Shown in pieces: positions 25,824-38,068 of a stretch of DNA of 64,000 nt. The DNA lies in contig OZ316896.1 of NCBI GenBank assembly GCA_973895155.1, positions 1,612,001 to 1,676,000 of the forward strand, written 5' to 3'. How positions within the stretch are numbered: the stretch's first letter is position 1; each line of letters opens with the position of its first letter. The notes under the pieces are model-generated. The model saw nothing but the letters and a program-made list of their open reading frames with translations, made no database searches and had not been told where the DNA came from. The position numbers and the translations under genes were made by a program. The DNA is from Marsupella aquatica. Its lineage: Eukaryota > Plantae > Marchantiophyta.

Positions 25824-25925
25824 GTGGGCTGCTGTAGATGTTCTGTACTAGGGTATTTGATTGGGAAATGCTTGAATGTGACATGTCCATTGTATTTCTT
25901 GCAGGTCTGAATCTGTGATTTTTTC

Positions 25926-28900
25926 ATGCCGCCTGTGCCTGTATTTCTCGTTGACCATGAGTCAGGGACCAGAAAACACTCTGGGACCATTAGTTGTCTC
26001 CCTGGATGGACCTTGGCGGATGCTAGGCAGAAAATGGTGGATTTGGAACTTTGGGACTTTGATTTTGATTTTATTGATAGCGTGGGAGGTTGTAGATTGC
26101 GTGCTGCTTGGGAAAAAGGCAACCTCATTGATGATTGTGATGGAAAGATTGTCATCATCCCAAAAATACAGTCTCTGCCCATCCAGAAAGTGGGGGTAGA
26201 TGTTGGAAGCAGCAATGCCTCCAATGCTGAGGCTCTGAGTAAGAGCGTTAGTGACGGAGAGTGGCACACTGAAGTTAGGGTAGAACCTGAGATACAGTGG
26301 GGACAACAGGACTTGCCTCTACCTGTTTCACCCCCAACTTCACCTCTCCCTAATGTACCTGTGGATGATGATCCACATGTGAGTTTCCAGTCAACAACTA
26401 TGTCAAATGATCTGGCCAAGCTCTGGGTGTCCAGTGTTGACAAGTTGAAGGAGCATATGGTCTTCATAAAGTGTGAGGACCACAAGTGGAGCGTCAAAAC
26501 TTGGGACAATGGTGGTGTTCCATGTGGTAAGATAGAGTGTTGCGAGTGCAACACTAATATATCTGGATCATCTAAGTATGTTATGGATAGGGTGTCTGTC
26601 ACTAATTGTTTCACAAATTTCAAACAGAAGCATTTGATCACCCCAAAGCATGCCAAAAATGTGGCACATAATAGGGGGCAGAGAGTAGACTCTGTTGAGA
26701 TCAGTCGAAGGGCTGCAGCTTCCTCCTTGAACGATCGTGCAACTCTTGACATGCATGTTCAGATAGTTGAAAGGCTCAATGAATCTGAGCCTGTGTCCAA
26801 ACCTACCTTCTACATTGTAGGTGATGTTCAGAAGGAGCCTGTGGAGAAGTTAGAGCGGTTCAGAGTGGGGTGCCATTTTTGCTCTGACGTGTTCACTTTG
26901 GTACCCAAGCAACGTAATCTGGAGGTTAATCTGAAATCCCATTGCATCTCTGCAAATCATCTATCAGCAGTGGCTAGGAGTTTGAAGCCACCACCTGGTG
27001 CACCAATACTGTCAGGAAGGTCAGGCAGACCTCCCAAGGATGATAAGAGGGATGTTCGCCAAAGAACCATTAATGGGTTCTTAACCCGGCAGGCCAGAGA
27101 TATTGCTTCCAGCAGCCGGTCAGGAGGGACAGCTGGAGGGAGTGGTTCAGGAGGGAGTGGTTACAGTGGAGGTTCAGGCCATTCAGGGGATGTGACAGGA
27201 GATCCAGGTAAACCCCACCCTTGGTCATTGTTGTGTTGGGGATTGTGGCGGAACTCAGTTCAATATGGTGCAGTAATCAGGCCTATCAAGGATATCCTAT
27301 TAGATCAGCCAAAGGTTGATGGAGCATGGTACGCAGAGTCAGGGGTAAAGGCAGAGGTGTGGTGTCTTTTAGGCCAAGAATCTTGTTTGATAGAAGGACT
27401 GTTCAGGCACGTGAACTGTAGTAGAGCATCACGGCTTCTTGGTGGTTTTCAAGATCTGACTTGTGAAGAATGTTACAGTATTGCAAGGATGGGTGACTTC
27501 CGATTAAGAGCCTTTAGAGAGGACATTGCAGTAGAGAAAAGAGGTACTCGAGGAACCGGTAAGGGTAGACGGTTGGCATATCTCACAATTCCTGAGATTC
27601 AAGAACAAGCCAAAACTTACAAGAGAAACATTTCGTCTCTCAGAAAATGTCTCAGAGCTCAGCAACACCGCCTGTGCATGCTGGGGGCCCGAGTCCCCAC
27701 TTTGAGAGATCTTTGCAAAGAGTCTGGAAGTAGGAAAGACATGTACAAGTTTTGCAATGACATAGTCTTGGCTCACCAGCGTGGTGCATTTGGTGGGAGA
27801 GAGGCCCTATGGGACTTGTTGCGAGATGTAGCTGCAAATCTTAATAGGAAGAAAGAAGGAAACACCTTTCGGCCTGGCACTAAACTTCTTTCCCAGATAT
27901 TGTTCCAACAAGGTGGCAGGCGTGTGGTGGACTGCTTGCAAAGTAATGCATTAGGCCCTAGTCTGAACACCCTTCAACGGGACAGGAGAGCCATGGCTGT
28001 ATTTAGGCCTGGTTTGCATGCTGACCAGTTCAAGTTTGTTGCTGCTGTATACTCTCAACTAAAGCAGAGGATGGGGATCACAGGTCCCGTGCCATGCTAT
28101 TTGGCAGAAGATGAGACCTGTCTTAAGCGGACAGTCAGGTGATTTCATTCCCCTGGACAACATCCTACAGTCTGTAGTAAATTTTTGGCTGTTATCCCTC
28201 TCCTCAATAGGTCTGTGGTTGACCACTATTGTGGATGGCTGTGTTGCAGATGGCAACCAAAACATGACACCTTATTGGGGTTTTGTGGGTTGAAAGAGGA
28301 TCACCAGTGTGTGGTTGGCTTGACAATAAAGGTTGGAGCAAGAGAGGAGGGTTTCAGCAAAATCACTGATACCTTTGAGAATTACAAAATTGGAAACCAG
28401 GCCAGATGTATAGTAGTAAATCCTCTTGCAGAAAGATTTCCTAAATTTTGCATGGTAGCCATGAGTACATGCGGTAAGTTTACTGCAGATTTTGTCAATC
28501 AACAATGGAAGTCCACAGACACTTTGTGGGCTAAATATTGTCTAGACTCAGTTGGTCCTCTCTTGGGTCATGCTAGTGATGGAGATGCACAAAGGAGAAA
28601 GCTGATGCTAGAAGACTACACTGGTCAAAGCTCATATCAAGGGCAAAGACAGAATTTGAGATGGGAAGGTTGGCTATTGAGCCACTCATTCACTACCAAT
28701 GGACGTCATACACATGCTGTTGGTTTACATGATCAGGATTACATTCATAATGGAAAGAAGTTAATAAACCCACTTGATTCTGCTGCCAGAACTTTGAAGC
28801 TGGGAACAGAGGTGGCTGGAATCAGTAACTTGGACACTCTCCAACGTTTATATAGCAACTTGGATCATGGGTTGAACAAAGGTGATGTTACACGGAATGA

Positions 28901-30659
28901 TAGACAGAATTGGGCCAGTGCACAACGATTATGTAGTAGAAAAGTTGTGAAGGCACTAAGAATGCTTCGTGAAAGGAAAGATGCAAGAGTTGAGCGAACT
29001 CTGGGGACTGAGATGTATCTCACAATATGTGGTGATTACTTGGATATCTTTATGAATCCTTGTCTCACCTTGAGAGAGCGGGTTGTTCTCTGTGCCAAAG
29101 TTAGTTTCTTTTTTCGCCTTTGGCGATTATGGTGTTTTCATGGAAATCATAGTGTTGGAGGTAACACGACAGCAATCAATTTTACTGTGAGTTGTGTCCC
29201 TATGCAGACATTTCTTGATATTCAGATGTCTGTGCACTTTGTGGTACTTCTAATTATCCAATTCAGGGATAATTTCAGACATTTGCCAAATGTGCCATTG
29301 CATTTGACAGGATCTGATGCATGTGAACAGTTTTTCTCCAAAGTAGGAGGAATGAAAGGGAATGAGCGTAGTTATGATTTCTCTGAGTTGATTGACTGTG
29401 CAACATCGTTGAATAGGTTGGCTGCAATGGATCTCAGCAAAGGGATCAGAGGGGCTGGAAAAAGTCACAAGAAGCATTGCAATATTTGGATAAAATTGCA
29501 TCCAATACCGGTACAAGTTGGTACTTCTGTTAATCCTGTAGACTACACAGGTATTGAAACCAATGAGGAAGTTGTGGTAGCTCTGAAAGAAGGGTTACTT
29601 TTAGCCCAGACTGTAGGAATCGAGTTGCAGATGAATCCATCTACATCTTGTAGGGATAAAGTATGGTGGGAATCACCTTGGATTACTGAAAAAAAAGGGT
29701 CCAAGTTTGGAGGATGGTGTGATGTTAAGGTGGAGGATCTTGCACCTGTTGATAGTGATGATGAAGAATCAGGCGGGGAGATCAGGCAAATTGCAGCTAA
29801 TGTAACTATCCCAACACTTCCAACTGATATGGCAATGGCAGAAAGTAGTGAGATCATTGAAGATAGTGAAAGGCCAAGCATTGCAATAGTAGGGGATCAT
29901 TGTTCAGCTGTTATGTCTGAAATGCATTCAGACTTGGTGTATGGACAACCTGTTCTTGACATCAGACCAACTGTGAGTTTTGATGGTCGGACTATATACA
30001 AGAGCACATTGGTAAGCCAACTAGTTGGTAACCCCAATGTAAGTAAAGATCGTTTGACTAGAGTGAAACAGAGCTTGTACTTCAACAATTTAGTTGATGC
30101 ACCCAAAGATCGAGCAGGAGCAGTCACCATGTTCATGACTGTGGGTAGTGATTGTGGAGTTCTCTTTGCTGATACAACAGTACAGACTCGGGCCACAAGA
30201 GCCACTGAGGCTATACAAAAAGCCATGAAAGGGAAAAGAGCAAGGAAAGAATGTGGGACAACAAATGGATCTTCTGCTCCCAATCCAAAAAAGCCAAGGG
30301 GAGAACCTGTGAACGTTACCACAGTACCTGATACCCTTAAGTACACTTGGTGGATAGGGAGGGTACAATGCATCCAACGAAAATATCAGGGTCGGGTGAT
30401 GGGTAGAACAAGACAATCAGTGGATTTACTTGATAGGCCTGGCGGTGAAGAAGCTGTAAGAGTTCGTTTTGAATGGTTTTCAAGGATTGGAAATAGTAAG
30501 CACAGATTTGCTTACAATGTTTGTGATCCTCAGTGGATCGATTTGGATTGTGTGATATCAAACGTGACACTATCAGTGAATCCCACAACTCCAAATGTTT
30601 TTCATTTGCATCCCGCTGATGCAAATTTGCTGGATGATTTTGCTAAAGCCCATAAGTGA
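25926..30659 (+). CDS. ~1540-aa P-element-superfamily-like DDE transposase, join(25926..28138,28250..30659)
   Basis: GT-AG intron 28139-28249 joins the 738-aa and 824-aa ORFs in frame. Motifs LAEDET (D1), ASDGD (D2), QDYIHNGKKLIN, DRQNWASAQRLCS and GSDACEQFFS (E) parallel the P-transposase motifs FDEM, CDQG, DxxHLxKxxRN, KMxVxxAxQ and QDxLENFF. Confidence 0.85.
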
Positions 30660-33136
30660 TTGATACCACAGAAGGGTAAATGGTTATATTCTGAGACTTC
30701 AGCCATGCAAGGAGACAAGATTTTTTCTAAGGCAAGTTCTTAAGATCCTGTTTGCTTTTGTGAACAATTTGATATCCCATTTGATATGACATAGTAAAAC
30801 ATATGCTCATTAGGCTCACATATTACTCCACATAATAGTTTAATTTGGACAAATCATTAATGTTTTTGATGTAATTTTTTTTATTGTGTTCACTCAGGAT
30901 CTTTTGAAGATGGAAGACAAGAGGAGGACATATAAGTTGAGAATTTTGCAAGAGTGTTCTCTTAGTTCAGATAGAAGTTCTGTATGCACTAAACCCTAAA
31001 TGTGTGCCCGGCCTCTTAGTTCAGAACTTTTGCAAACACTCTTACATGTTTATAGCAAAATGTTTTCTAGAAATAGTGCTTTTATAAGATTATTAGAAAA
31101 TAGTTGTATAAGTACTTTTACATATATGCCCTTTATAGACAATAGGTAGATTTGTAAGCACTGCTTCATGTGCTAAATCATAATGAAGCACTCTTATATG
31201 TGCTAGAAACACTGTCAAAGTTAAAGCACTATTACATGTGCTAGAACAGAGTGATTCATTGTTATATGTGCTAAAGTTGAGTCTTCTTCTCCATTCCAAC
31301 ACAATTTTTTTTATATAGATACCTATTTTTCTATGGTATACCTTTAATGAGTTTTGTATATTTTTTAATATTTTTCAAAAATTTATAATATTTTAAGACC
31401 TTTTTAAATTTGATTAATGGTAGATTTATAATTTTTGCAAGGGGTAAATAAATTCTCTAAAATTAAGTTTTTAAGAATAACAAGAGATAAATCTATCGGT
31501 GACCAAAAATAATAAGGGGTATGTGATAAGGGGCTGTACGCACGTATACCCCTTACCAATACAAAGGCTGGGGGCCCAGGGACTGAATCATGTTGGGAAG
31601 TGAGGTTCAATTGGTTTACTCCAATCGGGGCAACTAGGTGTAAGTTTAAGTATGATATGTGCGATCCTAGCAGCATTCCGTTGGAGGCTATCATTCAACA
31701 GTGAGCTTTACTGTAGATCCATTGTACCCAAAAATCTTCATATTACATCCTGATGATGTAATAGCTCTTGACGATTTTGTAAAGAATAGAATAGTTTAAT
31801 TCATTTTCGGTAAGCACTTACCTTTCATACTTCTATCCGTTTGTATTATTATAGTTAGTCTGTTCTGTACATTTGAATGACATGTAGCTAGTGATATTTA
31901 TGAGCCTCTTACTCAAGTACATATTATCCATATGAGTGCTATTGCTATTGATATGTGTTATGGTGATCTATTGTTGGGTCAGGTAAATCCAAATCATAGC
32001 GTGCAACATTGTACCAGCAGAGTTGGTGCAGGGGTCTTAGGTTGTTGTGAAATCATGGGATCATCACGATTTGTCATGAGAAAGGTCCACATTAGGAGAG
32101 CTTACCCTCCTGTGCGGCCTTCAGTACATAGCAGAAGGCAGCCTATGATACTCCGAGACCTTAATGCAAGAATGAAGAGGACATCCGCCTCTGATCCTGG
32201 GATGAACTCAGTCAAGGAGGAAGTAGAAGTGCAGCTTGGTGATAATTCAGTGAAGAGCTCGACGAAGGGGAGCCGAATGCAGGGCCTCAATGGCAGTCTG
32301 GGCATGAGTTGCTGTGGTGATGATGTTTGTTTCTCAAGTGATCCTGTGAAGCCTGAGCAGGCGGCGGGGCAGGCGGCTGAATCCTGTCCAAAAATGAGTG
32401 CTGATGAAGTTGAGGAGTCCAATATTATGGCAGCAGGCGTGCCTGCTGCTTTTCTTGATTACATATTTTGGCCTGTATTGGGGCCTGTACATTATTATTC
32501 TATTCATGAAGCTGATGATTAGTGTTTTGATTATTGTTCTGTGCCTATCAATGTGCATAGGTTCCATGCCTCTTGGTGTAGCACCTGCCTAGCTCCAGTG
32601 TTCCTGAGGGGATTGCAATGGAGCTCTTAGCTATCCAACCAGTATTATAGGTAGTAGTATAGGTAATAACAAAAGTCCTCCATATATGAGGAAGTCATCA
32701 ATAACACTTTTGTTATTGCCACAAGGTTGTATCCTAGTGGCAAAAAGTATGCTACAGTTAATAAAAACCCTACTCCGGGCCCTACTCTCAATACTTCAAT
32801 CATGCGTTTGATGTACGGTGGCAATTTTTTTTACTAATGAATGAAGGGTGTTTTAAATTCATTTTTTCACTAAATTATAAGAATCCAAAGGGCTCAAATT
32901 ATTCAGTGAAAACATAAATTTATAACTAACAAGGGAAATATGAAAAGTCCAAAAAATTATAACAAGGGGTACTAGGGGGAGGCTTGATCTCAGGGGGGTT
33001 CACTTAATTTACTAGGAGTGAGGGCCCAGGGGATCGAGAAAAAGACAAGATTCTAGGAGAGGGTGAGGTAGAGGATTAGGCGGCTATGGAAGAGGTTCAA
33101 GAGGTTCTAGAGGTCCTTGTGGTCCTGGTGTGGATG

Positions 33137-33419
33137 CTCGGGGGTTAACTTAGTGTATATTTTGGGGTACCACATGCGATCCTAGCCTAATACAATCACA
33201 CCTATTTCATAATGGGAATATTCCAAAAATATTCTCTATTTTCAATATTAATGACCTATTTTACTTTATAAAAGGTATATATAAGAGAATATTCTACAAA
33301 TATGAGTTTATAAGACCTTTTGCTTCCTGTGCTTTTTAAAAATTTAGCTAATTTCTACAAAAAATACCTATTTTGGATCGCACTTGGTTCCTAAGATTTT
33401 TAATAGTCAACCCCCCAAG
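33137..33419 (+). mobile_element. ~283-bp MITE (copy 1)
   Basis: Termini CTCGGGGGTTAAC...GTCAACCCCCCAAG; 8-bp TSD TGTGGATG at 33129-33136 and 33420-33427. Confidence 0.8.
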
Positions 33420-33968
33420 TGTGGATGTCGTGACACCGACATTTTTTGTGGGGGTACATAGAACAGATGTTCATTTGCCGGATTTTTTAACCCCACCCAA
33501 GGGAGGAGTGCACTGCAGTAGCACCATCAGAAACAGGTCCATATATGTTTTTTGTCAAAGCAACAGTAGTACTAGAGCAGTGGACATTGTACAATCCTAT
33601 ACGCAGTGTGCCTTCACATGTGCATTTGTTTCATGGTATGAGGAGTTCATCATGGCAAAGTTTCACAAGGAAGGGGATACGTCCTTTTTATCACAGAAAT
33701 GAGTTTCACACTGAAAGTCATTTTATCTTACCAATTCTCTAGTCCATGCTTTTGAGCATCCACTTCATGTTCATCCAGGCAAGCTGAGCAATGACACTAT
33801 CAGTGTCCTAGTTTTTTCAGTACCCATTTCAGTTTTGCATGGAGAGGATTATGACACTTCCTTTAAGGTTGCTTGGTTTGAAGACCCTGACACAAGGTGG
33901 AAGGAATTTTGTGAAAGCAATTTCTTTCATCCAAATGATGCCACTGTACATGAGTTTGATGTGGTGAT

Positions 33969-35043
33969 CCCTGGGCCCTTACTCCGTGTATATTAATGGA
34001 ACCGGCCTGTGAACGCCCCTCCCTTCCAAACCCCTTCAGTACTATTTTTTGCCCTTTTAAAAAGCTCTTATTAGTATTAATACATTACTTTTGGGTCATT
34101 AAGAAAGCCCTTTAGGCTATTATAATCTTCATCAAAATGACATTAAATATGCTCTTCAGGTGTTATAAAAATTCTATCAAAGAGATTCTAAGTCAAACAG
34201 ATTGGAATAAACATTTCACATTATCAAAAGCAAAAATAGGAACAACATATTCTTTATGTACACACTTCCTCGCAAGAAGGTAGGAGTCAAGGCATTTAAG
34301 AGTCAAACAAACTCATACAAGTATCCAAATTAAGTTGTAAACATCCTACGCTGTCATCTATGAAAACCGTAAGTCCACATTGCACTTAAGTTTGTCCCAT
34401 AGTTTGTTGAGCATATTCATCATCGTTTACAGGAAAGTTATCCTTTGAGTCTAAAGCATTGGAAAACTTATTACATTTAAACCAATTCTTTGATCACTAG
34501 AAGTGATAAATATACATCGAGGTACATAAGTGACTCTGGATTGAGACTCTCTCTCTATCACTTGTGGCATCATAGAATCCCCATCTGACGCAACACGCAT
34601 TGAACAACGGTGTCTACTTGACCTCCTCCTTCTTTGGGGGCCCTACAAGGCCATATATACCCCTACACCGTTTGATATAGAGCATCAAAGAGATCGACGG
34701 CAGACCATTTTGGTCATCCATAAATGGTACACGAGACCCCCTAAAGGCAAAATTTCCCCTATCCCCCAAAAATTCAAATGTGTTTGCACACCCCAAACCA
34801 AGGATGTAATGACATGTGGATGAATGAGTATTGACGTGTGGCGGCCCTATATGCTTTACCCTTACATACAACTACTCGAACCCTATTTTTTAGATCACCT
34901 TGGTTCATTATAACATGGAACCAAATAAAACAAAGGGTTGTTACATTATAAGCGATTATAACTATTATTCAAAAAAAGGATTTAAAAACCCCTTGAGTTG
35001 TTCGCACGGGGGGTCCCATATTAGTTAAGCTAAGGGCCCAGGG
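33969..35043 (-). mobile_element. E3: non-autonomous 1075-bp member of the CCCTGGGCCC family, inverted relative to E1/E2
   Basis: 13-bp TIR CCCTGGGCCCTTA; 8-bp TSD GTGGTGAT at 33961-33968 and 35044-35051. The left-end motif CGTGCGAAC is found reversed at its right end. Confidence 0.92.
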
Positions 35044-35330
35044 GTGGTGATAGGCCCTAGTTGTGTTCCACGTGGAGTTGGGACTAGAATTGAGGCTCTT
35101 GCTATTGAAGGCCGAAGACTAACACAGATTTGCTTTGCTTCACTGAGGTCGAGGACTTGACTCCATCATTATGCTGTGTGTCTATTATGAGAAGTTCGTG
35201 ACACTTGAGGTAATCAAGCTATCACTTTCTAGTTTACATTGTATTGTGACCTGACAGTGACTTAGACGGTTTGTAATGAATTTCTAACTGTGGAATTTTG
35301 AGTGTTATTTTCTCATGTTAACTTTTTGTC

Positions 35331-35617
35331 TTCGGGGGGTTGACTATCAAAAATCTTAGGAATCACGTGCGATCCAAAATAGGTATTTTTGACAGATTTT
35401 AACTAAATTTTTTTAAAGCGTAGGAGGCAAAAGAAGGTATTATAAACTCATGTTTTTAGAATATTCTTTAATATATACCCTTTATAAAGTAAAATAGGTT
35501 ATTAATATTGAAAATAGAGAATACTCTTGGAATATTTTCTTTATAAAATAGGTCTATTAATATTAGGCTAGGATCGCACGTGGTACCCCAAAATATACAC
35601 TTAGTTAACCCCCCAAT
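35331..35617 (-). mobile_element. ~287-bp MITE (copy 2, inverted relative to copy 1)
   Basis: Reverse-complement homolog of 33137-33419 with its own 8-bp TSD TTTTTGTC at 35323-35330 and 35618-35625. Confidence 0.8.
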
Positions 35618-36046
35618 TTTTTGTCCTTGTAACTCCCATAATGGATGCAGGTAATCTTGTTGCAGCCCTCATTCTTTTGTATCCACATTTTGCAAGTGGA
35701 GCATTGTAACACAAAGTTTTCCTACAGCTTAGCAGCAGGAAACAACAATTTCTGGATACTAGGGGCCCAAAGTTTCCCTATAGCTTCACCGTCGCATACA
35801 CGAGTATAATAATCAGAGGTGGTCAAAGAGGGACAATGTCATTTTTTGTAAATATTTACTCAATGTGAATTTTTACAAGATAGAAAATATATTTTCCCGT
35901 CTTTTACTTGCATAGATTCTACCATAGGTTGGGACTTGGGACGCAGATAGGGACTCAGAAAGTCACAATTTCAACTTTCAGTCTAGGAGGGAAAACATCT
36001 GCAATCATGAGGTAAATTACCATTGGGGATTCTTGGAGATACTTCA

Positions 36047-36400
36047 GGTGGATTGCATGATTGAGGACTACCAAAGGAGGCAAAAAAGTCTCCAGTCCTT
36101 TCACTAATCCAAGGACTGTCAACGGCCAAGATTAGCACATCTTAGGTAAAAAATACTTCATGACACACTTCCACAAATGTTGGGCATACTTCCAAGAGGT
36201 AAGGACTTTCGAAAAGTGTGGACACACTTCCAAAAGACTTGGCATGCAAGATCTAACCTTTCAATCTCAACTACTCAATCCTAGCCATCAAGGGATATAT
36301 GGCACATTCAATGCTCATGGACTCCTATTAAGTGCTCATGGAGTCCTTTCTTATGGAGAAAAAATGACTAAAATGGTAGTCCTCAATCATGCAATCCACC
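36047..36400. mobile_element. 354-bp MITE with a 27-bp perfect TIR and TTCA TSD
   Basis: TIR GGTGGATTGCATGATTGAGGACTACCA; TTCA at 36043-36046 and 36401-36404. Confidence 0.85.
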
Positions 36401-37291
36401 TTCAACGTCAGCTTGTAGACAAAAGAAAGGAGAAGAAGAGGAGTTTGGATTGCATTTTTGACATATGTTTAATATGGTTTGATTTGATAAGACAATCGGG
36501 TTTAATATTGACCAACAGATTGTATCATATATGAATTACTATAGTCTCCCCATTTGATCAAGAAAGAGAAATCTACACACTATAAGTTTGCACGAGTCTG
36601 AGTCCTTATAATTAGCTTGGTCTAGATCTACATTAAATCTCTTCAGTATAAGATTGTATTGATCTGTGATGACTTGAAGCTTTCTGTAGGAGTGTTGGGA
36701 GTGTTGTTTTCTGTCTCTTTGTCTCCGAATTGGCTCTCTTGAAGAATGGGAGCACAGAGTCATTCTTAGAGACGTGAAATCATCACTACTGTCCGCATTG
36801 TTGTGGTCATGTCTTTGGAACCAACGTTCCTTGTCATCAAACTTGTTTTCTACAGGCGGTCAATGTAAGCTTAATGTCGAATCGGATGTCAAGTTCTTCT
36901 ACAATGAACGCTACGTATTTGGATTGTGAGCTCTATCTGCCCAGGAAGGATCCCAGGAAAGGATATGGGAACTTGTAGCATATTCACAAATTGGCCATCA
37001 TCCAGGCCAAAAATTGTCATAGGGAGCATTCATGTTGGGGGGGTACTTGATCCCTCTGGATTAAGAGCAACAATTTTTTTCCTGTTTAGACTCTCGATTA
37101 AGACCCACACCGAGTCATTGATTCTGCTTGAGCTAAGCGTGCGTGGAAAGCAAGGTACATACAATGGATAGTGGCACGGTAGACTCGCTTGCGGAGCGGA
37201 TTCTCCTGCCGATTGGAGAATATTTGATCGGATCCTAGTAGCTCCTGGACTTTCAATTCTGCTTAGAAGGCACTACGGTTCCGTAACTCAG

Positions 37292-38068
37292 TGTGGTACC
37301 TACTCTGGTAATAGTACCTAGTGTAAGTGTATTGTAGTTGTGTCAGTAGTAAACAATGGGGACGCAGTCTCATCTATATGTATCCTGGGCTATTCAATGT
37401 AAACGAACACATTTATTAATCAAGGGGTACCTAATCTGGCAATAGTAGTTGACAAGTTCTGAAGGTACCCAGTGGGTACCCAATCTGGTAATAGTAATTG
37501 ACAAGTAAAGTGGGTACCCACTATGGGAATAGTAGTTGACAAGTACCCAGTGGGTACCTACTCTGGTAATAGTACCTAGTGTAAGTGCATTGTAGTTTTG
37601 TCATTAGTAAACAATGGCGACACAGTCTCATCTATATGTATCCTGGGCTATTCAAAGTAAACGAACACATTAATCAGGGGGTACCCAACATGGTAATAAT
37701 AGTTGACAAGTACCGAACTCAAGGTTCCCAGTGCAAGACACAGTAGTTATCACTAAGAAACAACGGGTAGTAGAAGTATATACCACATGACTGTGACTGT
37801 GACTCTCTTCCACATGGTACTCCACCCCCATCCTTCTTTTTCGCCCTCACCCGTGAATTCGATTCCCGCCCTCGAAGTCATGGTCTACGGGCTTCAGCCT
37901 ACTAAGTAGCCTCTGAATCAAAGCTTCCCAATGCGCTTTATTAGTAAGATGAGATAATAATACCCTCGTTGATAAGAGTACGCTCATTGATCAAAGTACT
38001 CTCATTGATCAAAGTACAATATTTGATAAACGAATCCTCATTGATAAGAGTATCCTCACTGATATGAG
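37292..38068 (+). repeat. Left arm of an ~800-bp inverted repeat built from short tandem units
   Basis: Reverse complement of 45603-46391. Units include GTACCCAGTGGGTAC, GGTAATAGTAGTTGACAAGTA and GAGTACCCTCACTGATA. Confidence 0.85.

Larger units (their letters stand above)
20862..31581 (+). mobile_element. E2: large P-superfamily-like DNA transposon (10720 bp), apparently intact
   Basis: 13-bp TIR CCCTGGGCCCCCA at both ends; 8-bp TSD ACTGAATC at 20854-20861 and 31582-31589; intact two-exon transposase. Confidence 0.95.
13070..31799 (+). pseudogene. E1 transposase pseudogene (segments 13070-14858, 18240-18607, 18720-20861, 31590-31799)
   Basis: Collinear homolog of the E2 transposase with the same intron position (18608-18719). 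Stops at 13898, 19210 and ~19402, plus frameshifts. Interrupted by a solo LTR and by E2; the C-terminus resumes after 31589 (CWEVRFNWFTPIG...LHPDDVIALDDF). Confidence 0.9.
7295..33031 (+). mobile_element. E1: large P-superfamily-like DNA transposon, defective, ~11.6 kb without nested insertions
   Basis: 13-bp TIR CCCTGGGCCCTCA at both ends; 8-bp TSD GATCGAGA at 7287-7294 and 33032-33039; contains a disrupted transposase gene. Confidence 0.92.

Noticed and set aside
25615-26752. Minus-strand 333-aa ORF and short ORFs over the RNA and transposase
   Set aside because: Antisense shadows; not conserved in E1.
31932-32522. 196-aa ORF in the E1 3' arm
   Set aside because: No recognisable domain and no counterpart in E2.
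33137-35617. Single 2.5-kb element with 280-bp TIRs
   Set aside because: No shared outer TSD; each arm has its own termini and 8-bp TSD.
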